Shown here in pieces: positions 38,312 to 47,791 of a stretch of DNA of 64,000 nt. The notes under the pieces were generated by a model that saw only the letters and a program-made list of their open reading frames with translations, made no database searches and had not been told where the DNA came from. This stretch comes from an uncultured Clostridia bacterium. GTDB lineage: Bacteria > Bacillota > Clostridia > TANB77 > CAG-508. Numbering within the stretch: the stretch's first letter is position 1; the number at the start of each line of letters is the position of its first letter. The DNA lies in NCBI GenBank assembly GCA_947629045.1, contig CANRCF010000001.1, positions 2,333 to 66,332 on the forward strand, written 5' to 3'. The position numbers were made by a program, and so were the translations under genes.

Positions 38312-38743
38312 TTAATTAGTTCCACTACTTACTATACTTAAAATTCCTGCTTGAATATTTTTAAAATAAAAGAATTCTATCACTAATATTACTAACAATA
38401 AGACTAAAAGCAAAACTATTCTTCTTTTAAAAATGTTTTTTTCTATTTTACCCATTCTTAAATACTTATATGAACTTGCTAAAAATGGCAGAATTAATAT
38501 TGCATTTACAGGTACAAATGAGAAAGTAATCAAATTTTGCCCTTCGTTTGTAACATAGCCTAAATTCATATTCTTTGTACTTAAATAATAAACCAAGGTA
38601 ACTAGTAAATACATTAAAGCGACTCCTACTACTATAAATATTCCCTTTTCTTTTTTCTCTAAATCGTTACCTAAAAAGCGATATGTAAGAAGTATAGCCA
38701 CTGCATTTAATATAAATATACAGATATATATAAATAGTAACAT
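38312..38743 (-). CDS. small polytopic membrane protein
   Basis: Four hydrophobic helices. No family recognised. Confidence 0.5.
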   Translation of the reverse strand: MLLFIYICIFILNAVAILLTYRFLGNDLEKKEKGIFIVVGVALMYLLVTLVYYLSTKNMNLGYVTNEGQNLITFSFVPVNAILILPFLASSYKYLRMGKIEKNIFKRRIVLLLVLLLVILVIEFFYFKNIQAGILSIVSSGTN

Positions 38744-38813
38744 TTTTTATTCTCCTTTTATTATAATTATTTTTATTAATTGTTAATATATTGAGGTTAT
38801 CTTATTTAAAGCT

Positions 38814-41024
38814 CTATCTTCTTGAAAACTTCTTTTCTATATCATTTTTAGTCATTCTAATTGCTGTTGGTCTTCCATGTGGGCAAGTAAATGGATTTGG
38901 CAATACTAATAACTGCTTCATTAGATTATCCACCTCTTCTACTGTAAGCGCCATATTAGCTTTTACTGCCGCTTTGCAAGCTACTGTTGCAATAAATTTT
39001 TCTTCTTTTTCTTGTTTTGCTGTTCTTGCTACTGTGTTAATTTCATCTAATGTTTCTAAAAATAATTCTTTTGTGTCTAGTTCTAGGCAAATATTTGGAA
39101 CTCCACTTAATTTTATTGTGTTTTCACCAAATTCTTCTAAAGTAAAGCCTGCTTTTCTAAACATATCCATATTTTCTCTTGCAATATCCATTTCTTTATG
39201 AGATAAATTTATTATATCTGGTAATAGCATTAATTGCGAATCTTTTTCAGTATCGCTATAATAATTCTTCTTAACTTTCTCATACAATATTCTTTCATGA
39301 GCTGCATGTTGATCTAATATATATAACTCTTTATCTAACTCTAAAATAATATATGTAGAAAAAGCAATTCCTATAAACTTATATTGTGGTATTTTATTTT
39401 GTTCTTTCATGAATATAGAAACATTTTCTACTGGTTTCATTTCATCTTGTTTTACTGTAAATTCTTCTTCTTTCTTTTTTTGTTCTTCTTCTCGCCTTCT
39501 TATTTCTGATGGTACGCCTCCAAATGTAGACATATACATTTCTTCAAAAGATTTTTCATTTTCCTTTGAGCTTTCTGCATTTTGTTGAGTTATATTTGCA
39601 GTTTCTAACGCGTTTTTCATTTCTGTATCTTCTTGGTTATTAAGTTTTTCTTGTACGCCACCTTGGATTGGAAGCTCATAACCAGAGTTTTCTTCATTCT
39701 CAGAAACTTCATTCTCAGGAATTACATTTTCATTAACTTCATTTTCAGAAAATTTATTAGCATATATTTGTGCTATTAAGTTTTCTTGATGTAAATTTTC
39801 TTCGTCTTCTATTTTTTCTTCTTTTGGATTTTGATCAGTATCTTTTTTTAGTTTGTGAAACAAACTTGCTAAAGTTCCTTCTTTTTGTACTGGCTTTGCG
39901 TTAGCCATCATAGTTTGTTCTAGTTCTTCGTTTAAATCTGTAAGTTTAATTGTTTTGTCAAGATTTTTATCTTGTATTCCGAATGTATTTTGTAAATTTT
40001 CACTTTGAATTCCTAATTTATCGTCTGCAACTAAATCGCCTTTTAATAAAGTATCTTTTATAGCATGAAATACTGCCTTAAATACTTTATTTTCTTCTTC
40101 AAATCTTACTTCTAATTTTGCAGGATGAACATTCACATCTACTTTTTGTGGATTTAGAGTTATGTTTAATACTAAAAATCCATACTTTCCAATTGTTATC
40201 ATTCCTTTATAACCTTGCTCCGCTGCAGTTGTTAAAGTTTTATCTTTTATATATCTTTTATTTACGAAAAATAATTGGTTTGAACGGTTAGAACGTGCAA
40301 TTGATGGTTTGCCAATAACACCTGTTACTTTTATATCTTCATATTCATAATCTACATCTAAAATATTTTCTGCTATATCTTTACCATAAATACTGTATAT
40401 TACGGCTTTTGCTTCATTGTTTCCTGGTGTTTGGATTATTGTTTTTCCGCTGTTTATTAGCTGTATTGCAATTTCTGGGTGAATTAAAGCTATTCTTGTA
40501 ACTGCATCTTCAATATAGCCCGCTTCTGTAAAATCCTTTTTCAAGAATTTATATCTTACTGGTGTGTTATAGAATAAGTCTTGAATTGTAATAGTAGTAC
40601 CCTTTGGGCATCCTGTTTCTTCTTCACTTATTACTTTTCCGCCTTCTATTTGTATTCTATTACCTATATCACTATTTTCTGTTTTTGATACCATTTCGAT
40701 TTTACTAATTGCTGCAATACTTGCTAATGCCTCACCTCTAAATCCCATAGAAGTAACAACTTCTAAATCTTCTGCTTTTCTTATTTTAGAAGTTGCATGC
40801 CTTTCAAAAGCAATTTCCATATCATCTTTTGCTATTCCTTTTCCATTATCTGTAATTCGTATATATGATATGCCTCCATTTTTTATTTCTACTTTTATTG
40901 TTGTTGCTCCTGCGTCAATTGAGTTCTCCATTAACTCTTTTACCACAGATGCTGGCCTTTCTATTACTTCTCCTGCTGCTATTTTGTTTATTGTAGAATC
41001 ATCTAATAATACAATGTTTCCCAT
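38814..41024 (-). CDS. mutL: DNA mismatch repair protein MutL
   Basis: INKIAAGEVIERPASVVKELMENSIDAGA, GFRGEAL, C-terminal DQHAAHERI and FTCPHGRP endonuclease motifs. Long low-complexity linker. Confidence 0.95.
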   Translation of the reverse strand: MGNIVLLDDSTINKIAAGEVIERPASVVKELMENSIDAGATTIKVEIKNGGISYIRITDNGKGIAKDDMEIAFERHATSKIRKAEDLEVVTSMGFRGEALASIAAISKIEMVSKTENSDIGNRIQIEGGKVISEEETGCPKGTTITIQDLFYNTPVRYKFLKKDFTEAGYIEDAVTRIALIHPEIAIQLINSGKTIIQTPGNNEAKAVIYSIYGKDIAENILDVDYEYEDIKVTGVIGKPSIARSNRSNQLFFVNKRYIKDKTLTTAAEQGYKGMITIGKYGFLVLNITLNPQKVDVNVHPAKLEVRFEEENKVFKAVFHAIKDTLLKGDLVADDKLGIQSENLQNTFGIQDKNLDKTIKLTDLNEELEQTMMANAKPVQKEGTLASLFHKLKKDTDQNPKEEKIEDEENLHQENLIAQIYANKFSENEVNENVIPENEVSENEENSGYELPIQGGVQEKLNNQEDTEMKNALETANITQQNAESSKENEKSFEEMYMSTFGGVPSEIRRREEEQKKKEEEFTVKQDEMKPVENVSIFMKEQNKIPQYKFIGIAFSTYIILELDKELYILDQHAAHERILYEKVKKNYYSDTEKDSQLMLLPDIINLSHKEMDIARENMDMFRKAGFTLEEFGENTIKLSGVPNICLELDTKELFLETLDEINTVARTAKQEKEEKFIATVACKAAVKANMALTVEEVDNLMKQLLVLPNPFTCPHGRPTAIRMTKNDIEKKFSRR

Positions 41025-41349
41025 ATTTTTCCTCCGTTTAAATTTTATTTTTATTTATCATCTTAATTTTGTATTCTCTAATCTTTATTAATACTTGTTT
41101 ATGTAATTGTTATTTTTTATCTTTGTAAATTATATCATTGTTTTTTTCTTTTTTGTATACCTTTTTACATATTTTTTTAATCATTTTTTGAATTGTTTAT
41201 CGTTATTTTGGATTGAATGTTTTTATGAACTATATCTTTTAATCCATAATAGGCAAAAAAAACTTAGTTACTTGTAACACTTCTTTTCTAATTAGAATAA
41301 TATATACCATACGAAAGAACCAAAAAAACTTTTATAGGAGGTATAAAAA

Positions 41350-41487
41350 ATGTTTGGTAATTGCTGTAATAACGGAAACAGCGAACTTTTATGGTTCATA
41401 ATTATCTTCTTACTACTTTTCTACTGTGGTGGAAATAATGGTTGTGGCTGTGGTTGTGGTAATAACAACGGTTGTGGTTGCAACTAA
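41350..41487 (+). CDS. tiny Cys/Gly-rich single-TM peptide (45 aa), YjcZ-like tiny TM family candidate
   Basis: MFGNCCNNGNSELLWFIIIFLLLFYCGGNNGCGCGCGNNNGCGCN. AGGAGG RBS 10 nt upstream. Below the ORF-track cutoff. Confidence 0.6.
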   Translation: MFGNCCNNGNSELLWFIIIFLLLFYCGGNNGCGCGCGNNNGCGCN

Positions 41488-41520
41488 AAAATACTTATTT
41501 TGAAAGGGGGGAATTTTGAT

Positions 41521-41643
41521 ATGCCAGAAAATTCTAGAGGATGTGGATGCGGTTTCGGTGATGACAACTGTATATGGATTATTTTAATTCTTATTCTACT
41601 TTTCTGCTGTTGCGGAAATGGTGGTAGAGGTGGATGTTGCTAA
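41521..41643 (+). CDS. tiny Cys/Gly-rich single-TM peptide (40 aa), paralog of 41350..41487
   Basis: MPENSRGCGCGFGDDNCIWIILILILLFCCCGNGGRGGCC. GGGGGG-rich RBS. Terminator follows. Confidence 0.6.
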   Translation: MPENSRGCGCGFGDDNCIWIILILILLFCCCGNGGRGGCC

Positions 41644-41674
41644 TAACTAAACCTTTAAAATAGCTAAACTTTTA

Positions 41675-41716
41675 AAAAAGCAGACTAAGGTTTTATTCCT
41701 TATTCTGCTTTTTATT
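41675..41716 (+). terminator. rho-independent terminator after the peptide pair
   Basis: Stem GCAGACTAAGG / CCTTATTCTGC (one mismatch) followed by TTTTTATT. Confidence 0.6.
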
Positions 41717-41786
41717 ATGATTTTGTTTAATTGCTTCAGCATCAATTAATTTTTAATATTTAGTTTTTAAGATTTTTTGCTTTGAT

Positions 41787-41912
41787 TTATTTTCTTTTGC
41801 CGCGTTCTTTTACCTGTGGTGGTGCTTTTCTTCTATCTTTTTTTACTTCTTTGCCTTCATTTTCTTTTTTTCTTCTATCTTGAAACATGTTTCCTTTTTT
41901 ATCTACTATCAT
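41787..41912 (-). CDS. possible 41-aa highly basic peptide
   Basis: MIVDKKGNMFQDRRKKENEGKEVKKDRRKAPPQVKERGKRK. AAGGAG RBS 7 nt upstream. Immediately downstream of the two tRNAs. Confidence 0.3.
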   Translation of the reverse strand: MIVDKKGNMFQDRRKKENEGKEVKKDRRKAPPQVKERGKRK

Positions 41913-41980
41913 AGTTTTTCTCCTTTGTTATTAATTTTAGAATAATAATATATTAATTATTTATTTTTATATTGGTATAA

Positions 41981-42055
41981 TGGTTGGGCTGGGTAGATTC
42001 GAACTACCGCATGCTAGAGTCAAAGTCTAGTGCCTTACCGCTTGGCTACAGCCCA
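41981..42055 (-). tRNA. tRNA-Gln (anticodon UUG), CCA encoded
   Basis: Cloverleaf read by hand: acceptor TGGGCTG/CAGCCCA, anticodon stem CTAGA/TCTAG with loop CTTTGAC, T-arm GGTAG-TTCGAAT-CTACC. Confidence 0.9.
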
Positions 42056-42067
42056 ATATATTATTTA

Positions 42068-42145
42068 TGGGGTGGAAGATGGGACTCGAACCCACGGTCT
42101 CCAGTGCCACAAACTGGCGCGTTAACCAACTACGCTACATCCACC
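42068..42145 (-). tRNA. tRNA-His (anticodon GUG) with G-1, CCA encoded
   Basis: Anticodon stem CCAGT/ACTGG with loop TTGTGGC, T-arm GTGGG-TTCGAGT-CCCAT, extra 5' G opposite C73. Confidence 0.9.
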
Positions 42146-42288
42146 ATCTTTCCATGTTTGAACGCTATATGTAATTTTACAACAAAGTAGAGTGTTTGTC
42201 AACCTATATTTCAATTTTTTCTTAAATTGAAATTTTTTAATAGTTACAATACACTCTACTTTATATTAATCATAATTATTTAACTTTT

Positions 42289-43011
42289 TTAAACTTCATC
42301 TGCCCATATAATTAATCTTGCTGTTGTATTATTTGTACAAGTAGATAATGATATTCCTCTTTTTCCGTTTGTATCTCTTTGAGCATATTCATAATCAGAT
42401 GTACTAGTTGTATAAATATGTACTATTTTATACTCTACTCTATTTCCTGTTTCATCTGTTATATATATTTTATCGCCTTCTGCTAATTTCTTATTATTAG
42501 AGAAAAATCTTCCATCGTTAAAGTTATGTCCTATTAAAACTGTATTTCCTATTTCATTAAGTCCTGGTCCATATTGTTTGCAAATAGACAAATTAAGAGC
42601 TTCTGGTGTAGATGCATCTAATATTACATATTCAACTTTTGTTTTAGGAATTTCTATTTTTCCTATTATATCATATTTTCCTAATTTTTTTCTACTACTA
42701 CTGCTACCACTACCTTGAGTATTAGTATTTTCTCCTCCTGTAGTATTTTGTGGTATGTCAGTAACTGTATTTTCAATTGTTATATTTGGTCCTTCAATAT
42801 TCTCCGTTGGAATATTAATAGCACCCTGATTATTGTTAGTAGTTCCATTTTCTATTGAACTATCAAATTGGCCTACTGCATTTTTTGCATCTACTTCTGT
42901 TGTATATGCTATGTACCAATCTATTCCAACATATACTAAAAGTCCAATTATTGCAAGAATAGCGATTACTAAAATTACAGTCAATACATTACTATATTTA
43001 CTATTTCCCAT
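42289..43011 (-). CDS. sortase (membrane-anchored transpeptidase)
   Basis: N-terminal TM helix, LIGHNF (His), SLSTC (TLxTC Cys) and ARLIIW (Arg) motifs. ATG 43011 follows AGGGAG. Confidence 0.85.
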   Translation of the reverse strand: MGNSKYSNVLTVILVIAILAIIGLLVYVGIDWYIAYTTEVDAKNAVGQFDSSIENGTTNNNQGAINIPTENIEGPNITIENTVTDIPQNTTGGENTNTQGSGSSSSRKKLGKYDIIGKIEIPKTKVEYVILDASTPEALNLSICKQYGPGLNEIGNTVLIGHNFNDGRFFSNNKKLAEGDKIYITDETGNRVEYKIVHIYTTSTSDYEYAQRDTNGKRGISLSTCTNNTTARLIIWADEV

Positions 43012-43159
43012 TTGTATCACTCCCTATTTATTTTATCTTATCATATATAATAACATTATAACACATTTTTATAATGTTTTCTATATTTTTCGTGATTTTA
43101 ATATAATTTTTAACTTTTTGCTTGGTTAATTAATCTATTGATTAAAATAATTATATATT

Positions 43160-43510
43160 TTATCCTATGATTTTTGGTCCCATTTTCTTGCCTGCTAATA
43201 CATGAAAGTGAATATGCATTACTTCTTGTCCTGAATCTGGTCCGCAGTTTGCTATAAGTCTAAATCCGTTTTCGGCAAATCCTTGCTCTTTTGCAATTTG
43301 TTTTATGGTTTGCATTATTTTTGAGATTAACTCATTATCTTCTGGCTTAATGTCCATAAGTGTTGGAATGTGCTTTTTAGGTATTACTAAAATATGAATT
43401 GGAGCTGCTGGGTTAATATCTTTAAATGCTAAAATATCATCATCTTCCCATACTTTTTCTGATGGTATTTCTCCTTTAATAATTTTACAAAAAATACAAT
43501 CTTCTTCCAT
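43160..43510 (-). CDS. HIT-family (histidine triad) nucleotide hydrolase
   Basis: CIFCKII..., HIHFHVL histidine triad. Confidence 0.9.
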   Translation of the reverse strand: MEEDCIFCKIIKGEIPSEKVWEDDDILAFKDINPAAPIHILVIPKKHIPTLMDIKPEDNELISKIMQTIKQIAKEQGFAENGFRLIANCGPDSGQEVMHIHFHVLAGKKMGPKIIG

Positions 43511-43655
43511 AATTTTTTCCTTTCTTTTAGAAATTATTAAAAATATTATAATTATGTTTAAAATATATTTTAATATAAATTTCAGTTAAGTGTAAAAATT
43601 TTTCTAATACAAGTTCAATTTCTGCTTAATATTATTAATTTAATTTAACTAGAAA

Positions 43656-45410
43656 CTACTCTAGTATTGCTTTAATTCTTCTTACACCTGCTGAGCTAGA
43701 TTCTTCTTTTATAATTTTGAAGTGTCCAAGTTCTCCTGTGTGTGTTACGTGAGGTCCACCACAAATTTCTTTGCTAAAATCTCCTATTGTATATACTTTT
43801 ACTCTTTCTCCATATTTATTTTCGAATAAACCTGTTGCTCCTGATTTTCTTGCCTCTTCTAGTGTCATTTCTTCGCAAATAACTTTTAAATCTCTTTTTA
43901 TTTGTTCGTTAACTATATCTTCTACCTGTTTTATTTGCTCTGGTGTCATTTTTTCTGGATGTGTGAAGTCAAATCTTAATCTTTCTACTGTAATGTTAGA
44001 GCCGTTTTGTTTTGCGTGTTCTCCTAGAACTATTTGTAAAGCTTTATGTAGTAAGTGTGTTGCAGTATGGTATTTCGTTGTTTGCTCATTTTGCTCTGCT
44101 AGTCCACCTTTAAATTTTTGCTCACTACCTTGTCTTGATTTTTCTTGATGTTCTTTGAATAATTTATCAAATTCTGATAAATCGACTTCAAAACCTTGTT
44201 CTTTTGCAAGGTCTACTGTAATTTCTGATGGGAAACCATAAGTTTCATATAGTTTAAATACAGTATAGCCATCAATTACATTTTTATTTTCTTGTTTTAA
44301 TCTATTTACTACTTTTTCAAACTCTCTTTCTCCATGTGTTAGAGTTTTCATGAATTTATTTTTTTCTTCGATTATTGTTGTTTTGATTATTTCTCTATTT
44401 TGTACTAATTCTGGATACATTTCTTTTAAGGTTTCTATATATAAATCAATTAAATTTCCTAATTCTTCTAAGTCAATTTGTAGTTTATTTAAATGTCTTG
44501 TCATTCTTCTAATTAATCTTCTTAGTACATAGCCACGGTCAATGTTGCTTGGTCTTCCACCATCTGAAATAACCATCATGCTTGAACGTAAATGTTCTGC
44601 TACAATTCTTCTGCTTTCTATGTTATCTACTTTTGCTAGCTCTTTTAATTTTTCCATTACAGGTAAGAATAGCTCTGTGTCAAATGGTGTTTCTTTTCCT
44701 TGTAGTAACATTGTCATTCTTTCTAGTCCTAAACCTGTATCTACATTTTGTTGTTTTAGTTTTGTAATAGTTCCATCTTTTGCTTTGTAGAATTCCATGA
44801 ATACATTATTCCAAATTTCTACGTATTTACCACAATTACAAGATGGGTCGCAATGGTCGCTACAAGCTGGCTTTCCAGTATCTAAAAACATTTCTGTATC
44901 TGGTCCGCATGGTCCTTCTTCACCTGCTATCCACCAGTTGTTGTCTTTTCCATAGAAATAAATTCTTTCTTCTGGAATTCCTACTCTTTTCCATGCTTCT
45001 GCTGAAACAGTATCTCTTGGAACGTCTTTATCTCCTGCAAAACAAGTTACAGATAGCTTGCTTGGGTCTATTCCTAATTCTTTTGTTAAGAATTCATAAC
45101 TCATTTGAATTGCTTCATCTTTGAAATAGTCTCCTAAAGACCAGTTTCCTAGCATTTCAAAAAATGTTAAGTGGCGGTTATCGCCTACTTCATCTATATC
45201 GTTAGTTCTTAAGCATTTTTGATAATCTGTTATTCTTGTACCTTCTGGGTGTTTTTCTCCTAAAAGGTATGGTACTAATGGTTGCATTCCAGCTGTAGTA
45301 AATAATACAGATGGATCATTTTCTGGGATAAGTGGTGCACTTGGTACTACTTTATGTCCATGCTCTTTAAAAAAGTTTAAGTATTTATTTCTAATTTCTA
45401 TTGCTTTCAT
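43656..45410 (-). CDS. alaS: alanine--tRNA ligase, short form (catalytic + tRNA-binding + editing domains, no C-Ala domain)
   Basis: N-terminus IRNKYLNFFKEHGHKVVPSAPLIP..DPSVLFTTAGMQ. Editing-domain HTATHLLH and CGGPHV. Ends ...AGVRRIKAILE* at 584 aa, with no further coding potential downstream. Confidence 0.85.
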   Translation of the reverse strand: MKAIEIRNKYLNFFKEHGHKVVPSAPLIPENDPSVLFTTAGMQPLVPYLLGEKHPEGTRITDYQKCLRTNDIDEVGDNRHLTFFEMLGNWSLGDYFKDEAIQMSYEFLTKELGIDPSKLSVTCFAGDKDVPRDTVSAEAWKRVGIPEERIYFYGKDNNWWIAGEEGPCGPDTEMFLDTGKPACSDHCDPSCNCGKYVEIWNNVFMEFYKAKDGTITKLKQQNVDTGLGLERMTMLLQGKETPFDTELFLPVMEKLKELAKVDNIESRRIVAEHLRSSMMVISDGGRPSNIDRGYVLRRLIRRMTRHLNKLQIDLEELGNLIDLYIETLKEMYPELVQNREIIKTTIIEEKNKFMKTLTHGEREFEKVVNRLKQENKNVIDGYTVFKLYETYGFPSEITVDLAKEQGFEVDLSEFDKLFKEHQEKSRQGSEQKFKGGLAEQNEQTTKYHTATHLLHKALQIVLGEHAKQNGSNITVERLRFDFTHPEKMTPEQIKQVEDIVNEQIKRDLKVICEEMTLEEARKSGATGLFENKYGERVKVYTIGDFSKEICGGPHVTHTGELGHFKIIKEESSSAGVRRIKAILE

Positions 45411-45676
45411 ATTTGCTTTTTCCTGCCTTATGTATAATATATTTAGGTTTTTAAATTTTGGTTTTGCCTATAAACCTTAAAAAAATTTTTAATTATATAA
45501 TATTTATTGTTTTGAGATTCAATAAAAATCTATATTTTTTTAACGTTTAAATTATATACTATGTAACCTTAAAAATCAAGAATTTAAATAGAGCTTGTAT
45601 AAATTTTGAGGCATTTCATAGTTTTTATTTAATTTTATCCAACAAATATTATGTTTTTACATTTTTAATGTATAAA

Positions 45677-47210
45677 TTATAGTTTTAATTCTCCTACTAA
45701 TTCCATATTTTCTTGTTTTAATATTTTTACAGTTTGAATACTATTTGGTATATTTTTTAAATCTTCTTTTTTAGTACCTTTTTTGCTATTTTTATTTTTT
45801 ATATCTTTATTTAACATGTTATCTTCTAAATTTTCCTCTAGTCTTACTACCATGTAGTTTGTAGTATGACCTTTTAAATATTCTTCTTCCTTTTCTTCAA
45901 ATAAAACTTCTACTTCTTTTCCTATATATTGTTTTTGATAATCCGCTTCATTTTTGTCAGAAAGTTCTATCAATTTATTGCTTCTTTCTTCTTTTTTATT
46001 TCCATCTATTTGGTTTGGCATTTTCGCAGCTACTGTGCCTTTTCTTGGTGAATATTTGAATACATGCATTTTATAAAATTTTATTTTCTTTAAGAATTCG
46101 TAAGTTTTATTAAATTCTTCTTCAGTTTCTCCTGGAAAACCTACTATAATATCAGTTGTTAAATGTACCTGTTTGAAAGCATTTCTAAGCAACTCGACAC
46201 CTTTTTCAAATTCTTCAGTTGTATATTTTCTATTCATTCTCTTTAAAGTTTCATTGCATCCACTTTGCAATGATAAATGAAATTGGTCACATATTTTCGA
46301 AAGCTTGCTTAATCTTTCTACAAATTCTTCTGTAATTAATGTTGGCTCTAAAGAACCTAATCGTATTCTCTTTACTCCTTCTATTTTTTGTATATCTTCT
46401 AATAAATCTATTAGTCTATACTCATTTTCTTTAACATCTTCTTCAGTGAAGTCTTTTCCATATGATGCCACATGTATTCCTGTAATTACTACTTCTTTTA
46501 TTCCTTGTTTTGTAATTTCTTCTATTTCTTTTAAGATACTTTCAGGCTTTCTGCTCCTTACTCTTCCTCTTGCATATGGAATAATACAGTACGAACAAAA
46601 TTGGTTACATCCATCTTGTACTTTTATTACTGCTCTTGTTTTTTCTGTATATGTAACTGTTCCAAAATCTAAAAATTCTTTTTGCTCCTCTATTTTTGAA
46701 ACTTGAACTACTTCTCTTTTGTTATTTGGTTTATTAAGTTTTGCATTTACAATATTTTTATCATCTAAATTTTGAGTTACATTTTCATTTATATTTTTAT
46801 CTATGCTCTTATTTACTCTCTTATATATGTCATTATTTATATTTTCACTATATTCTCTACTTTTTAACAATTTCTCTACATATCTAGCAATATCATTTTT
46901 CTCGTTTACGCCTAAAATTAAATCTATCTCATTTACTTTTTCTAGTTCATCTTTTGTTACTTGTGCATAGCAACCAGTAACTACTAAAATGGAATTCGGA
47001 TTTTTTTCTTTTACTCTATGTAGCATTTGCCTTGATTTCTTGTCTGCCATATTAGTTACAGTGCAAGTGTTGATAACATATATATCAGCTTTTTCATTAA
47101 ACTCTACTATTCTATAACCTGCTTCTATCATCTTTTGCATCATTGCATTTGTTTCATATTGATTTACTTTGCAACCGTAAAGTGCAAAATGCTACTGTTT
47201 TTTCTTCCAT
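45677..47210 (-). CDS. mtaB: tRNA (t6A37) methylthiotransferase MtaB (radical SAM), first 12 codons in a different frame (break at CGG 47175-47177)
   Basis: ATG 47210: MEEKTVAFCTL then CGG and a stop 6 codons later. Skipping the C gives VAFCTLGCKVNQYETNAMMQKMIEAGY, the conserved MtaB N-terminus. CNQFCSYCIIPYARG radical-SAM cluster and a TRAM-like C-terminus. Confidence 0.88.
47175..47177 (-). other. in-frame CGG at frame break (1-nt insertion or +1 recoding candidate)
   Basis: Minus strand act tta CGG ttg caa agt aaa tca ata tga. Reading tta-(c)-ggt tgc aaa gta aat gives L-G-C-K-V-N. Confidence 0.75.
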
Positions 47211-47354
47211 TTTAGTTTTACTCCTTTTACTACTATTTTTATAATTTAGCATAAATCTATATTTCTAATTATTTATACATTTTTTTAATTATATATGTTT
47301 ATAGTTTAGTTATATATACATACTTTAACTTTATTACTTAAAAAGTTTACAATT

Positions 47355-47410
47355 AAAAAAAAACGGAATTAAGATTTTCTATGCGACAAAGAAAAATCGC
47401 AAGAAAATCT
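47355..47410 (-). terminator. probable terminator after 47454..47693
   Basis: Nested stems AGATTTTCT/AGAAAATCT and TGCGA/TCGCA. T9 run on the minus strand 8 nt after the stem. Confidence 0.45.
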
Positions 47411-47453
47411 AAATTTCGTAATTTTGACATTGATTTAAGTTTTGGACATTTAA

Positions 47454-47693
47454 TTATAGTGTAATATTATCAATTATTTCAATTTCTTGAAACCAGAAAT
47501 CGTGTATTTTTTTAGCTGTTATATCTTGATGCCAGAAATCATGAACTTCTTGTAATACTTTTTGTTGTTTTGGTGTCATCTCTATATTTATTTCTTGAAA
47601 TAAAAAGTTTCTAACTTTTGTCCATACGCTTATTTGTGATGGTAGACTTTGTGCAGCTTTTACTTCTGGTGTTACATTTTCTAAATTTTCCAT
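47454..47693 (-). CDS. hypothetical 79-aa protein with internal FxFQEI-type repeats
   Basis: AGGAGG RBS. Repeats FLFQEINIE / HDFWHQDI / HDFWFQEIEI. Confidence 0.5.
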   Translation of the reverse strand: MENLENVTPEVKAAQSLPSQISVWTKVRNFLFQEINIEMTPKQQKVLQEVHDFWHQDITAKKIHDFWFQEIEIIDNITL

Positions 47694-47791
47694 TTTTTCC
47701 TCCTTCGTATACGACTAAACTACTTATCAAGATATTTATACTATAACTTTAAAAAATATGCAAGTGTTTTTTTACATTTTTTTATATTTTT

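Noticed and set aside
41984-42190. 68-aa plus-strand ORF
   Set aside because: It is the antisense of tRNA-Gln and tRNA-His. The cloverleaf structures explain the region.
45411-45676. T-box leader upstream of alaS (and the hairpin at 62660-62692 upstream of cysS)
   Set aside because: There is no conserved T-box sequence (AANNNGGGTGGNACCGCG-like), no specifier-loop architecture and no terminator with a U-tract. The cysS-proximal hairpin lacks a T-run on either strand.
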